A stretch of DNA of 20,000 nucleotides from an uncultured virus (IMG/VR IMGVR_UViG_3300032093_000098) (taxonomy: Duplodnaviria; Heunggongvirae; Uroviricota; Caudoviricetes). The first letter of the stretch is position 1. Every line of letters begins with the position of its first letter. The notes below the pieces were generated by a model. It ran no database searches, was not told the origin of the DNA, and saw nothing but the letters and a program-made list of their open reading frames with translations. The DNA is taken from IMG/VR virus record IMGVR_UViG_3300032093_000098; one strand, given 5' to 3'. Positions 1-9,126 of the stretch are shown one piece after another. Both the position numbers and the translations under genes were made by a program.

Positions 1-1
1 C

Positions 2-3000
2 GATGCCGAATACAACGAGGACAATCGCATAAAAGACAGTCAAGGTCGCGGTTCAGAAGGTATGTTTGTGGCTGATGACGGAACGATTATCTTAAACCGA
101 GATAAGATTAAGGGCGAATGGGGTAAAACTATCGTGTTCCACGAAGGTATTCACCCCGTGGTAAACATCATTCGCAACACTGATCCGAAACGATACAAGG
201 CAATCGTGGAAGGACTAAAGGCAGAAGCTGCGAGGAACAACGATGTTGCCAGAGTTGCTGCCGACATTGCTGCTTCTGAAGAGTATCAAAGAAGAGGTCC
301 TGAGAGTATTGAAGACGAGACCGTTGTTGAAACCATGGCTCGCGTGGCTACAGGGGATGTCAATATCGATAAGTTTGAACCTACCTTCCGCGAGAAGTTC
401 ATTGAATTCATGAACGACATAGCTAAGGCACTTGGATTGAGACCTATCCTCACAAATTCTCCACGAGTTGAGGTGAAGCGTTTGGCTGATCAGATCAACA
501 AAATGTTGAATGAGGGCGGTAAAATTAGCGATGTTGTAGGGAAGAAAAATGTAGGTGAATTTCAGAACAAGATAACTTTAACCGATACAAACTCTGTTTT
601 TTCAAATACAAGCTCTCAAGCCAGATTTGAAATGAAGTTTTTGGAAGACTCTGAAGACTTTACCAAATTAATAGAAGAAGGGCGCGTAGTTCATAACGCA
701 AGTTTAGATGACATAAACGGAGAAACTGTTGTTATTCATAATCCGGATAACTTTTCAACTGGAGAAATAAAGTTCAGAGGAAAGGATCTTGTGAAGGGCG
801 AAGGTGGTGTTTACTTTGTTTTGCTGTACGATGATGTATGGGCCTCTGGTAAAAAATCAAGTGCTTCGCAATTAGCTTCTTTGATAAATGAGTCATTACA
901 AAAATCAACTGATGGTAAAGGTCGATTAGTTCTGGTAAAAGGAGACGCAAGCAAGAATTTAACAAGTGTAAAGGGAGCCAAGGCTCTTATGGGTGTTATG
1001 GAGATATTGGCGGATGATGGATTGATTCCGCTAAGTGCTTTTAGAAAAGCATTGAACATTGCCGGAAAGAAGTACGGTATCAATTTCGACGGAAGAAACG
1101 ATGCTAAATCTATCCACAAGGATATTCAGGATAAATTTATGAATGTATCCAATTCATCTTTCGAAAGAAGAGGTGATTTCGTTCGTGATGTAATTGATGC
1201 CATAGCCAATCAAAATGTATTGTCCAAGGAGGCTATAGCGGAAATCGCTGAATCTATTGGAGCTAAAAGGAAAATGACCACGTTCTCTAAGGCGAGCATC
1301 CTTGATTCTGTTGCGTATGCGACCAGCGAAAGGATGCTCAGAGATATTCCTAATTCTCATGTATACGCTGTAATAGAAACGTCTTCAAAAGTAAAGCCTG
1401 AATTTGTAGGCAAGCATGAGTCTTACCCATGGCATATAGTTACTGAGGACGGAAGCAAACCTATTCTTTATATACTTAAGGACAGACCATTCTATAACGA
1501 TGCATTTGTAGCCGCTAAAAGCACTGAGAAAGTAAAAGAAGGGGAAAGATTTGGTGACGTAAGCCGTGCTGGATTGGCTCAAAGAGGCATGGGGCTTGCT
1601 AAAGTGGAAACGAAACCGACTGGCCAACCGTCCAAGGGCATCAAACGCGGCAGAAACTTAGTCAAGGACACCTACTACGAAGCCGGCCTGACCGAAGACA
1701 AGAATGACTATGTATTCTTCCATGTATCGTCAGCTCCCAAGGCTTCGATTATGAAGGGTATTGATAGTACCAAGTATACCTCGCTTAGAACGGCAAGAGA
1801 AGAGAAGGGCCTACAATATGGTGTTGCCTCTTATTACACTCGTCCGGAAGATGGAGAAAGAATGGTGGGTGGTGAAAAGTATGCGGTTCGCGTACCTAAG
1901 GGCAAGGTTTATCCTATCGATTCCGATCCAATGGGATACGGAGAAAAGGCTGAGGAAAATGTACCACAAGGTACACCATTCCGTGGAGAGGCCGTGAAGC
2001 GTGAGATCGCAGACATGGCTAAGAAGGATGGATACCAAATGATTGTTGGCGAGTGGTCTTACAGCCGCACTGGAAAGCCAGCAGGAGAGATTCCTGAGTT
2101 CCGCGCAGACGCACTTGTGCCACTCAAGCCTACTGCCGAGAAGCCAACGTCGTTCACATCAAACGCCGAGAAGGGCATGGAGAGAATTCCGTTCCCAAGT
2201 CAGCAGAGCGAACAGGCTAAGCAGGAACTTGAGAACATCGCCTCTGAGGTGCGTGATATTATGTCGAGCAAGAAGAAGTTCTCAAGCAAGGAATACCAGC
2301 TTGCCGACAGCGTTTACATGAGCGGTCAGGTTACGGAAAATAAGTACGAAGACAACGAATTCAAGCGCGACATCACTCCAGAAGAGTACGACATGATGAC
2401 CAAAGTTCTTCCTAAGAATATGCAGGAAGACGCAGCCCGTGTGCGTGGACTGTTGTTCGGTGGTAAGAAAAAAGGACAGGCTTCTAAGGGTATTCCAAGA
2501 ACATCTAAAGAGTTCGCAGGGAATGTGGGAGAGACGATCGACCGCATCAAGGCTGCAACATCGGAGGACGGGGCAACGCTCAACCTCGATGGTACAACTT
2601 ACGAAGACGGAGGTCTTGTGGTTCCTGCCGGTTCATTGAACGTGGCCCAGGATGAGGTTACTGCCGAGGGCTTGTTTGACTTCTTGAAGGACAACGAGGA
2701 GAATATTTCCAGCGACATATTCAAGATTGGACTTTACAAGTTCCCAGACCGTCCAGAGGTTTCTTATGACTTGAACATCGTGATTCCAAGGGAGTACCGT
2801 GATGTGGCCTTGAAGTTTGGTGAGTTATCTGGACAGGAATCACTGTTTGACCTTGACACATTCGAGAACATCAAGACCGGATCGGACGGTAAGAATCCAC
2901 GCAAATTCACGGCCCAAGAGCTTGCTGAGATTGCTAAGGATTTGTCTGAGGGCAGACTTCCAAAGATTGTTGGAGGCAAGGGACAGCCATCAATGATGAA

Positions 3001-4153
3001 GCGTACTCCAGCCTTGGCATCCGTAGAGAGTACGGCTAAGGCGTTGGGAGGGATGAAGGATGACGCTGAAAATATATTTAGTAAATACAAAATACAAGGG
3101 TATGGTAGTAGATTTACATATCCAAACAAGATAAATATAAGCAGAATATCTGATTTAGAGTATCTAAAAGAATGGGTAAAGGGCGTTAACCCTAATTTGG
3201 ATATTGATTTTGAAAAAAATGACCCCGAATATAGGAGTATCGCAGACAAGCAGATTGATTGGAATATAAAAGAGCTTTCAAGCATACTTAGTAATGCAAA
3301 AAATAAGGGTTATATTATTGGCAAGAGGGTAATAAATACGGATGGTACTCCAATAGATATAAAAAACATAGGTCATTCTTTTTCGGTAGATGATTCTAAT
3401 TTGCCGTCTTTTGGTAATTCCGATAAGTTAAAAACAAAAACAACTGTAAAAATACCATTTGAGGCTATAAATTTAGAGGCTACCACTGATAGGTTTGCGT
3501 ATTATGGTAACTCGGAGTATGAGATTGTTGTTAAGCCTAATGAAAAACTTGAACTATTAAAGTACGAAGAAGTGGACAGAAGTAATAGATATGCTTCTAA
3601 GCCAATAACAGAAAAAGAAATCTCAAGTGGTTTCTATAGAATAGAAAAACAAGTCTCCGAAGCCTACCACAAAGCCAAAGCAGACGGCAGCAATCCTGAA
3701 CTTGTAAAAGCAGTAGAAGATTTAATCGGCAAGCCAAAACAAGGACAGCCATCAAGACTAAAGCGCACCCCAGCCCAAATCAGACAAGCTGTAGAAGATG
3801 GGGTAGATGCAGTTGAAGCAGCGATCGCTGAGAGCATGGATCCACAGCAGGCCGTTGACGAGAACATCTCAAACCAGGAATGGTACGGTGATTTGAGTGC
3901 TGCCCAGAAGGAACAGTTGAATGAAATCCTTCAAGATGAGTTCGGCGCATCAGTTAGGGAGAAAAATGCCGTCAACGACAAGGCCAGGGCGGTGTCTGAT
4001 TTGTGGGCGGAAGGAAGCCGCGAATCTAAGAAGAGAATAACTGATATTTTGGAAGATGAGCCTGAGCTTTCGTACATTTACGCCAATTATCCAAAAATAC
4101 TAAAACAGCTTGAGTCGGCTGGGTTGATAACAAAAACAGACGGATGTCCATGA
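2..4153 (+). CDS. Giant modular (polyvalent-type) phage protein, 5'-truncated; HExxH zincin-like domain plus several effector-like modules, probably virion-ejected
   Basis: The frame is open from nt 2 (DAEYNEDNRIKDSQGRGSEG-M62), so the true start lies upstream of the window. HEGIH lies at 140-154 with a downstream E-rich helix (EDETVVE). Modules are separated by GQ[PA]S linkers at 1622, 2474, 2981 and 3743, with ART-like motifs at ~1700-2130 and ~3320-3560. Confidence 0.75.
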   Translation, partial: DAEYNEDNRIKDSQGRGSEGMFVADDGTIILNRDKIKGEWGKTIVFHEGIHPVVNIIRNTDPKRYKAIVEGLKAEAARNNDVARVAADIAASEEYQRRGPESIEDETVVETMARVATGDVNIDKFEPTFREKFIEFMNDIAKALGLRPILTNSPRVEVKRLADQINKMLNEGGKISDVVGKKNVGEFQNKITLTDTNSVFSNTSSQARFEMKFLEDSEDFTKLIEEGRVVHNASLDDINGETVVIHNPDNFSTGEIKFRGKDLVKGEGGVYFVLLYDDVWASGKKSSASQLASLINESLQKSTDGKGRLVLVKGDASKNLTSVKGAKALMGVMEILADDGLIPLSAFRKALNIAGKKYGINFDGRNDAKSIHKDIQDKFMNVSNSSFERRGDFVRDVIDAIANQNVLSKEAIAEIAESIGAKRKMTTFSKASILDSVAYATSERMLRDIPNSHVYAVIETSSKVKPEFVGKHESYPWHIVTEDGSKPILYILKDRPFYNDAFVAAKSTEKVKEGERFGDVSRAGLAQRGMGLAKVETKPTGQPSKGIKRGRNLVKDTYYEAGLTEDKNDYVFFHVSSAPKASIMKGIDSTKYTSLRTAREEKGLQYGVASYYTRPEDGERMVGGEKYAVRVPKGKVYPIDSDPMGYGEKAEENVPQGTPFRGEAVKREIADMAKKDGYQMIVGEWSYSRTGKPAGEIPEFRADALVPLKPTAEKPTSFTSNAEKGMERIPFPSQQSEQAKQELENIASEVRDIMSSKKKFSSKEYQLADSVYMSGQVTENKYEDNEFKRDITPEEYDMMTKVLPKNMQEDAARVRGLLFGGKKKGQASKGIPRTSKEFAGNVGETIDRIKAATSEDGATLNLDGTTYEDGGLVVPAGSLNVAQDEVTAEGLFDFLKDNEENISSDIFKIGLYKFPDRPEVSYDLNIVIPREYRDVALKFGELSGQESLFDLDTFENIKTGSDGKNPRKFTAQELAEIAKDLSEGRLPKIVGGKGQPSMMKRTPALASVESTAKALGGMKDDAENIFSKYKIQGYGSRFTYPNKINISRISDLEYLKEWVKGVNPNLDIDFEKNDPEYRSIADKQIDWNIKELSSILSNAKNKGYIIGKRVINTDGTPIDIKNIGHSFSVDDSNLPSFGNSDKLKTKTTVKIPFEAINLEATTDRFAYYGNSEYEIVVKPNEKLELLKYEEVDRSNRYASKPITEKEISSGFYRIEKQVSEAYHKAKADGSNPELVKAVEDLIGKPKQGQPSRLKRTPAQIRQAVEDGVDAVEAAIAESMDPQQAVDENISNQEWYGDLSAAQKEQLNEILQDEFGASVREKNAVNDKARAVSDLWAEGSRESKKRITDILEDEPELSYIYANYPKILKQLESAGLITKTDGCP

Positions 4154-4650
4154 TTAAAAAACTTGACAAAAAGGTTGTAGATCTTCTTCTCCCTCGGATG
4201 AAAGATGAATACAGCGCATTTTACTTTTATCGCGCCGCCAGCAATTGGTGCCAAGGGGTTGGCTTTTTTCAAGCCGCCAAGTTTTTTGCCGCTGAGTCGC
4301 AGGACGAGCTTGAGCATGCAAAGAAAATTGAAAAATACATCACCGATTGGAACGTAATCCCGGAACTGCCGACTGTAAATCGCCCGCAGATTGAGTTTTC
4401 GGGCATCATGGAGGTGTTGGAAGAGGCTTACAAGCTTGAATACGACCTGTACGAGGCTTACGAAGAAACGTCTAAGAAGCTTTTTGAGATTGATCTGTGC
4501 GCGTTTGATTTTCTCCAACCGTTGCGATTGATCCAGAACGATTCCGTATCCGAGTATAGCGACAAGCTGAACCTGCTCGAAGGAGTAGACGTTGCCGATA
4601 AGTTCAAAGTTTTATTGTTGGAAGAAAAGTTGTTTTCCGTAAATGGCTAA
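4150..4650 (+). CDS. Ferritin-like protein (non-heme ferritin family)
   Basis: The ORF track gives 4144; the ATG at 4150 forms an ATGA overlap with the upstream stop. Ferritin pattern: E(YSA)..Y..ASNWC..G..AKFF..E..DELEHA.KI..YI.D, LE and IQ; ~167 aa. Confidence 0.9.
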   Translation: MIKKLDKKVVDLLLPRMKDEYSAFYFYRAASNWCQGVGFFQAAKFFAAESQDELEHAKKIEKYITDWNVIPELPTVNRPQIEFSGIMEVLEEAYKLEYDLYEAYEETSKKLFEIDLCAFDFLQPLRLIQNDSVSEYSDKLNLLEGVDVADKFKVLLLEEKLFSVNG

Positions 4651-7600
4651 TCCTTGCAAAATAACATACACACCCAAGGGAGGGAATCCGCGAGAATATG
4701 ACTATGCCGAATTCATGACCGCCCTTAAGGACGGTCTTTTTGCTGAATTAACAAGGTCAGGCGCGATAAACCCAAATGCAATGAAGGGCGAAAACCCATT
4801 TGTTGCCACCAAACAAAAGCCAAGCCCAAAACAAACGGCTCAGGATCGAGCCGTGCAGAGCATGCATGAGTTCATGAAGGACGGGATAAGTGCGGCCTAC
4901 GGGGATGTCAAAGGAGGCGCTTACGCGTCAAGAGCAAGGGAGCAGCGCGGGATGAAGGATAAGGATTACGTCTCTTATAATCAGGACTCGTTAAACCTTC
5001 TTGGTCAGCAAAAGTTTCAAGAGCTTCTTGACAGATATAATTCGGGAGAAAAGGACGTGTTCGATACGGTTCTCGAGGCCATGGACAACATGACCGATAG
5101 AGAGAGAAAGAATTCTCCGGTGCTGAGTCCGCTTTATAGTGTGGTGCTGACTAAAGCTGCCCACCATTTCTTTATGACTGGCAACATGGCTGCGGCTAAT
5201 AAGATATACAGCGAACTATCGGCATCCCTTTCAGCAAAGGGTCAGGACATATCAACCGCCAGCGCACTATCTGCGCCCGAGCAATTGGCAAATAGATTGA
5301 TGTTTGAGGATACAGGCCGCCAATCATTTTTGAATCGGGTAATATCCGGGGAAATGACCATTGGAGAAGCCATATCGGAAATAATTGCCATTGCAAGACT
5401 TGACCGAGATCAGGTAACCAGCATCGTTGCAAGGGTGGTCCCGAAGGTTGGTAAAAAAATCGTCGTCCCAACAAAAAGCAAGCAGTCCGATAAAAGAAGG
5501 GCAGAGGTTCAGGCGATTAAGGACATTCTTGATAAAATGAAGTCCGGACAGCCTTCCGCAATGAGAAGAGGAGGGCAACCATCCCCTTCTCGTCAAAACA
5601 GGATCCCCGCAGAGATAATTCCTCACATTGAGGAGCTCGCGAGGTCTTATGCGGAAGACGGTGCTGTATCGGTTAATCAAATAAAGTCAAGAGTGTGGGC
5701 GAACCTGAAGGGGCTGATACCTGGGTACAAGACAGATGTTGATGAGCTTATCGACCAGGCTGCCCAATCGCTTGAGTCAACCATAAAGTCAAACAAGAAG
5801 GCTTCCTCCGAGGCTCGACTCATTAGTGCGCTCGAGGGGGTCATTGACGATATGGATGCTTCTCGAAAAAAGGCGGTAAAAATACTTTCGGACATGATTC
5901 TGGAGAATGATCCGGGATATGTTGCCGCCAGAAGCAGGGGCGAAAAGGTAAAGGCAAGAGAAAGGCTTCAAAAAATTCTTGCCAACAAAACAGAGGCTGT
6001 TGGCATTTTATCATCCGCAAGAGCGATAGCAGAGGCTCAGATCATGGGTAATGAAAATATCGATCCCGCAACAAAACAGGCTATCATAAACGGGATTGAT
6101 GACATGGTTTCCGATATTCTTGATATGCCCGTTGGCAAATCTGAACTCAGAGCCGCGAGCTCGGCTCTTTCCGACGAATCTGTTAAGGACGCCATAATCG
6201 ATATCGCCATAAAGCATTACGGAGACCCGCAGCCGGGTATAGAAAATCTTGCCGCCCAACTCGTGTCAGACCTTGGTGTGGATCCCGCTTATGCAAATGA
6301 ATTGCAGCAGCTTCTTCAATCAGAGATTGCTGACGCGGTTTCCAAGAAAATGGACAAGGAGGCCGCGAGGATTGATCGGATTGTCGGCAACGTTCTCGCG
6401 GGGAAAGAAGTGAGAAAAGCGGTTGTTAACGCCATTACTAAAGGGGAGCTCACCGACACCATGCTTGGAGATGCCTTGATGAACGCCCTTGATTATAGGG
6501 GTTTTTCAGCAAAGGATATTGAAACTCTCAGAAACTATTTCACAAGACTTCAGCAACTAACCCCTGGAGAAGAGCTTTATCAGCAGATAAATCGATATAT
6601 TAACGACGTTCTTTCCGATTACGACGAAACCACTGCGGCAATGATCGGCAGGTGGCTTACGGAGCAGATGTATATTTCCGCCCTCTCAAGCGTTATGAAT
6701 ACAGCCGTGATGGCATCTGGTGTTGGAGCCGTTGTGTCAACTATCCAACACGGGATTTTTACAGCCATAATGAATCCATCGAGAATGGCAAGAGCACTAA
6801 AGCATGCGCGGAGTATGAGGAAGGCTAAGGCAACAATGGGATGGGAGACTGTTGCTGCAAAATGGAGCAAGCCAGAGTCTCAATTTGGCGAAACCACCCT
6901 ACTGGAGAGACCGGAAGAAAAGTCTCACGGGGCGGTTGTCAGGGTTACCCAGAAGACGTTTGCTCAAATATTCGAAGACATCGCAAAGGCCAAGGGGAAT
7001 AGAAAAGGGTATTTTATCGCTCAGGCAGTATTGAAGGCGATCAATCATTCTGTTACCATGTCGGGTGCAAGAAAAAGAAAGTGGATGCCGTCTTTTTCTC
7101 AAATATCTATGACTATGATGTCCGCCCAGGATATTTTAATGGGGGGCTTCTTGCAAGACATGTACTCCTACATCGAGGCTGATCGTTATGTCCATAATTT
7201 GAATCGCTTATCAGGAGTTCCTATGAAGAAGGGCACGGAGGCGTGGAGCCAGTATAAGAAGGCTAAATTGGACGAGATCCTGTCTGCCGGTTCGGGCGCT
7301 ATTGAAAAAATGCAACTTGAGGTGGAAGAAGAAGCTATGGATTTAATTCGAAAGGGAGAGGAATTACCGAAGGGGTGGAGAAGGCGTCGTCTCAGGGACA
7401 AGATTCATAAAGCCATGCCAGCGGAGGTTGTAAACGAGATGGCTCATCAGGCTAAAAAAGCGCTTTTGCTTCAGAAACCGGAGACATCTCTCGGGGCATG
7501 GATTTTTGACGGGGTCTCTCGGGCGCAGGGCATCAAGGACTCGGACAACGCAGGAAGAGTGTTTGGCAAGACTATACTGAACATGACCCTTGGCTTCATG

Positions 7601-8872
7601 CGTCTAAACATCATAACCGCCGAGTACGCATGGAAGTCTGTGCCGGTAATCCCTGCTGCGGCTAAAATTGCCAAAGGAACCAATATCCGGTATGTGGACG
7701 GCAAACAGACAGAGGTGCCGATGACCACGGAAGACAAGGTAAACGTGATTTTGAAAAACGCTGCGGCAACAATGGTGTGGGCGGGGCTGATGGCGTCCAT
7801 GTTTGATTACGATGAAGAAGAGGAGAAAATTGTTCTTGACCCAGACTCCCCAATCAAGTTCTATGGATCAGCAGAAGATTCTAAACAGCGTGCCGAAATA
7901 GAGGCTGAAGGTGGCAAGGAGAATTCTATTAACGTTTTTGGAGTCAACATACCATTGCTTACACTTGGTTTTGCAATCGGTTCCGTTGGGAAGGTTCTTG
8001 GCGAAGTCTCTAACGACATCAGGTTCTCCAAAGACGGATCGTCTGAATTGACCTTCGACAAAATGCTCGCGCTTGTTGTAGGCCAGATGACAGGCAGTGA
8101 GATGTCTGCTCCAAAAAGAGCCCTGGATAAGGTTTACCGAGGGTATGGTGAGCCAAAGGCCGGCGAAGCTCTCGAAATTTTGATGCTCGACGGAATCGAG
8201 ACAGCGCTGTCTCCGTCTCAGATCGAGCAAATCAAAAATGACTACGAAGCGTGGAAAGGGTATCAAAAAGAAAAGAGGTCAGGAGTTGTTGACAATATTG
8301 TGGAAGACATATACTTCCTTGATGCCTTCATGGATACCAAGGGTGGCAAAATGTACGACCATTTTGGGCAGCCGGTGTATGTGACACCGAAGACCGACAT
8401 TGTTACGTTTTTAATGCCCGAAAAAGTGTGGAAGGACGGGACAAGTCACGTTGAAAATAGTCCGTACTACAATCTCACAGAGCAAAAGTGGTTTCCAAAA
8501 AATTATTCGTCATGGAACGCTAAGGCATGGAATGAAGTTCGTATCTTTGGCAAGACATACGAGGTGCCTATCGAGGATGAATTCAAGCAGTCGATCGGAC
8601 TTGTGATTGACAAGGAGACATCTGCGGTTATCGATAGTCACCTTGATGTTATCAAGGGCTTGAATACCGACGACAGAAAGGTCGAAATGCTTAAGGACTA
8701 CAGGCAACGTGCAGTGGACACTGTTCGAAGCGAGTTTGAGAGATTGACCGCCCGCGAAATATCCAAGTCTGTATCTCCAGGCATGCCCGAAGATCAGATC
8801 AGGGTCGCCGTAAGCAATGCCCGAGAAAAAGTGATTCTTGAAATGAGGACAAAATACAAAATAGATCAATGA
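4643..8872 (+). CDS. Giant largely alpha-helical phage protein, putative internal virion/DNA-ejection protein
   Basis: 1409-aa ORF rich in Ala and helical sequence, with mildly hydrophobic segments in the C-terminal half. It sits in the structural module and has two GQPS linkers at 5546 and 5573. No catalytic motif recognised. Confidence 0.6.
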   Translation: MANPCKITYTPKGGNPREYDYAEFMTALKDGLFAELTRSGAINPNAMKGENPFVATKQKPSPKQTAQDRAVQSMHEFMKDGISAAYGDVKGGAYASRAREQRGMKDKDYVSYNQDSLNLLGQQKFQELLDRYNSGEKDVFDTVLEAMDNMTDRERKNSPVLSPLYSVVLTKAAHHFFMTGNMAAANKIYSELSASLSAKGQDISTASALSAPEQLANRLMFEDTGRQSFLNRVISGEMTIGEAISEIIAIARLDRDQVTSIVARVVPKVGKKIVVPTKSKQSDKRRAEVQAIKDILDKMKSGQPSAMRRGGQPSPSRQNRIPAEIIPHIEELARSYAEDGAVSVNQIKSRVWANLKGLIPGYKTDVDELIDQAAQSLESTIKSNKKASSEARLISALEGVIDDMDASRKKAVKILSDMILENDPGYVAARSRGEKVKARERLQKILANKTEAVGILSSARAIAEAQIMGNENIDPATKQAIINGIDDMVSDILDMPVGKSELRAASSALSDESVKDAIIDIAIKHYGDPQPGIENLAAQLVSDLGVDPAYANELQQLLQSEIADAVSKKMDKEAARIDRIVGNVLAGKEVRKAVVNAITKGELTDTMLGDALMNALDYRGFSAKDIETLRNYFTRLQQLTPGEELYQQINRYINDVLSDYDETTAAMIGRWLTEQMYISALSSVMNTAVMASGVGAVVSTIQHGIFTAIMNPSRMARALKHARSMRKAKATMGWETVAAKWSKPESQFGETTLLERPEEKSHGAVVRVTQKTFAQIFEDIAKAKGNRKGYFIAQAVLKAINHSVTMSGARKRKWMPSFSQISMTMMSAQDILMGGFLQDMYSYIEADRYVHNLNRLSGVPMKKGTEAWSQYKKAKLDEILSAGSGAIEKMQLEVEEEAMDLIRKGEELPKGWRRRRLRDKIHKAMPAEVVNEMAHQAKKALLLQKPETSLGAWIFDGVSRAQGIKDSDNAGRVFGKTILNMTLGFMRLNIITAEYAWKSVPVIPAAAKIAKGTNIRYVDGKQTEVPMTTEDKVNVILKNAAATMVWAGLMASMFDYDEEEEKIVLDPDSPIKFYGSAEDSKQRAEIEAEGGKENSINVFGVNIPLLTLGFAIGSVGKVLGEVSNDIRFSKDGSSELTFDKMLALVVGQMTGSEMSAPKRALDKVYRGYGEPKAGEALEILMLDGIETALSPSQIEQIKNDYEAWKGYQKEKRSGVVDNIVEDIYFLDAFMDTKGGKMYDHFGQPVYVTPKTDIVTFLMPEKVWKDGTSHVENSPYYNLTEQKWFPKNYSSWNAKAWNEVRIFGKTYEVPIEDEFKQSIGLVIDKETSAVIDSHLDVIKGLNTDDRKVEMLKDYRQRAVDTVRSEFERLTAREISKSVSPGMPEDQIRVAVSNAREKVILEMRTKYKIDQ

Positions 8873-8873
8873 T

Positions 8874-9098
8874 ATGCACATAATAGATCAAGCGACACAT
8901 CCTTCTGACAACCCTGGAGAGCAGGCTTTCGCAATTATCGTGACAGCTATTGCTGCCGTTGTCTCTTGGCAAGAGCAGTCCGAGTGGTTTTTTAGAATAT
9001 TGTCACTATTGCTGGCTTCAGTGGTCTCTGCGATCGTCTTGATTAAGCACTACAATGAGCTTTCTAAGAAAAACGGGCGCAGGCGTAGAACAAAATAA
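8874..9098 (+). CDS. Small two-TM membrane protein, holin-like
   Basis: 74 aa with two hydrophobic stretches (AFAIIVTAIAAVVSW; ILSLLLASVVSAIVLI) and a strongly basic C-terminus (KKNGRRRRTK). Confidence 0.55.
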   Translation: MHIIDQATHPSDNPGEQAFAIIVTAIAAVVSWQEQSEWFFRILSLLLASVVSAIVLIKHYNELSKKNGRRRRTK

Positions 9099-9126
9099 AT
9101 GCCGCGAACATGCTGGTTCAGCGGCA
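9090..9126 (-). terminator. Putative intrinsic terminator (minus strand; the hairpin could also act on the + strand)
   Basis: The minus strand reads TGCCGC-T-GAAC-CAGCAT-GTTC-GCGGCA followed by TTTATTTT. Confidence 0.5.

Noticed and set aside
3014..3742. Intein or intron explanation for the AT-rich insert
   Set aside because: No N-terminal C/S plus C-terminal HN splice motifs and no LAGLIDADG motif; the reading frame is continuous.
2..8872. Possible crAss-like virion RNA polymerase subunits
   Set aside because: No DxDGD/DFDID-type catalytic motif is visible in either giant protein within this window.
774..8881. Many short alternative-frame and minus-strand ORFs inside the giant genes (e.g. 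2764-3285, 4087-4518, 7868-8266)
   Set aside because: They are shadows of long + strand ORFs with no recognisable motifs or own expression signals.
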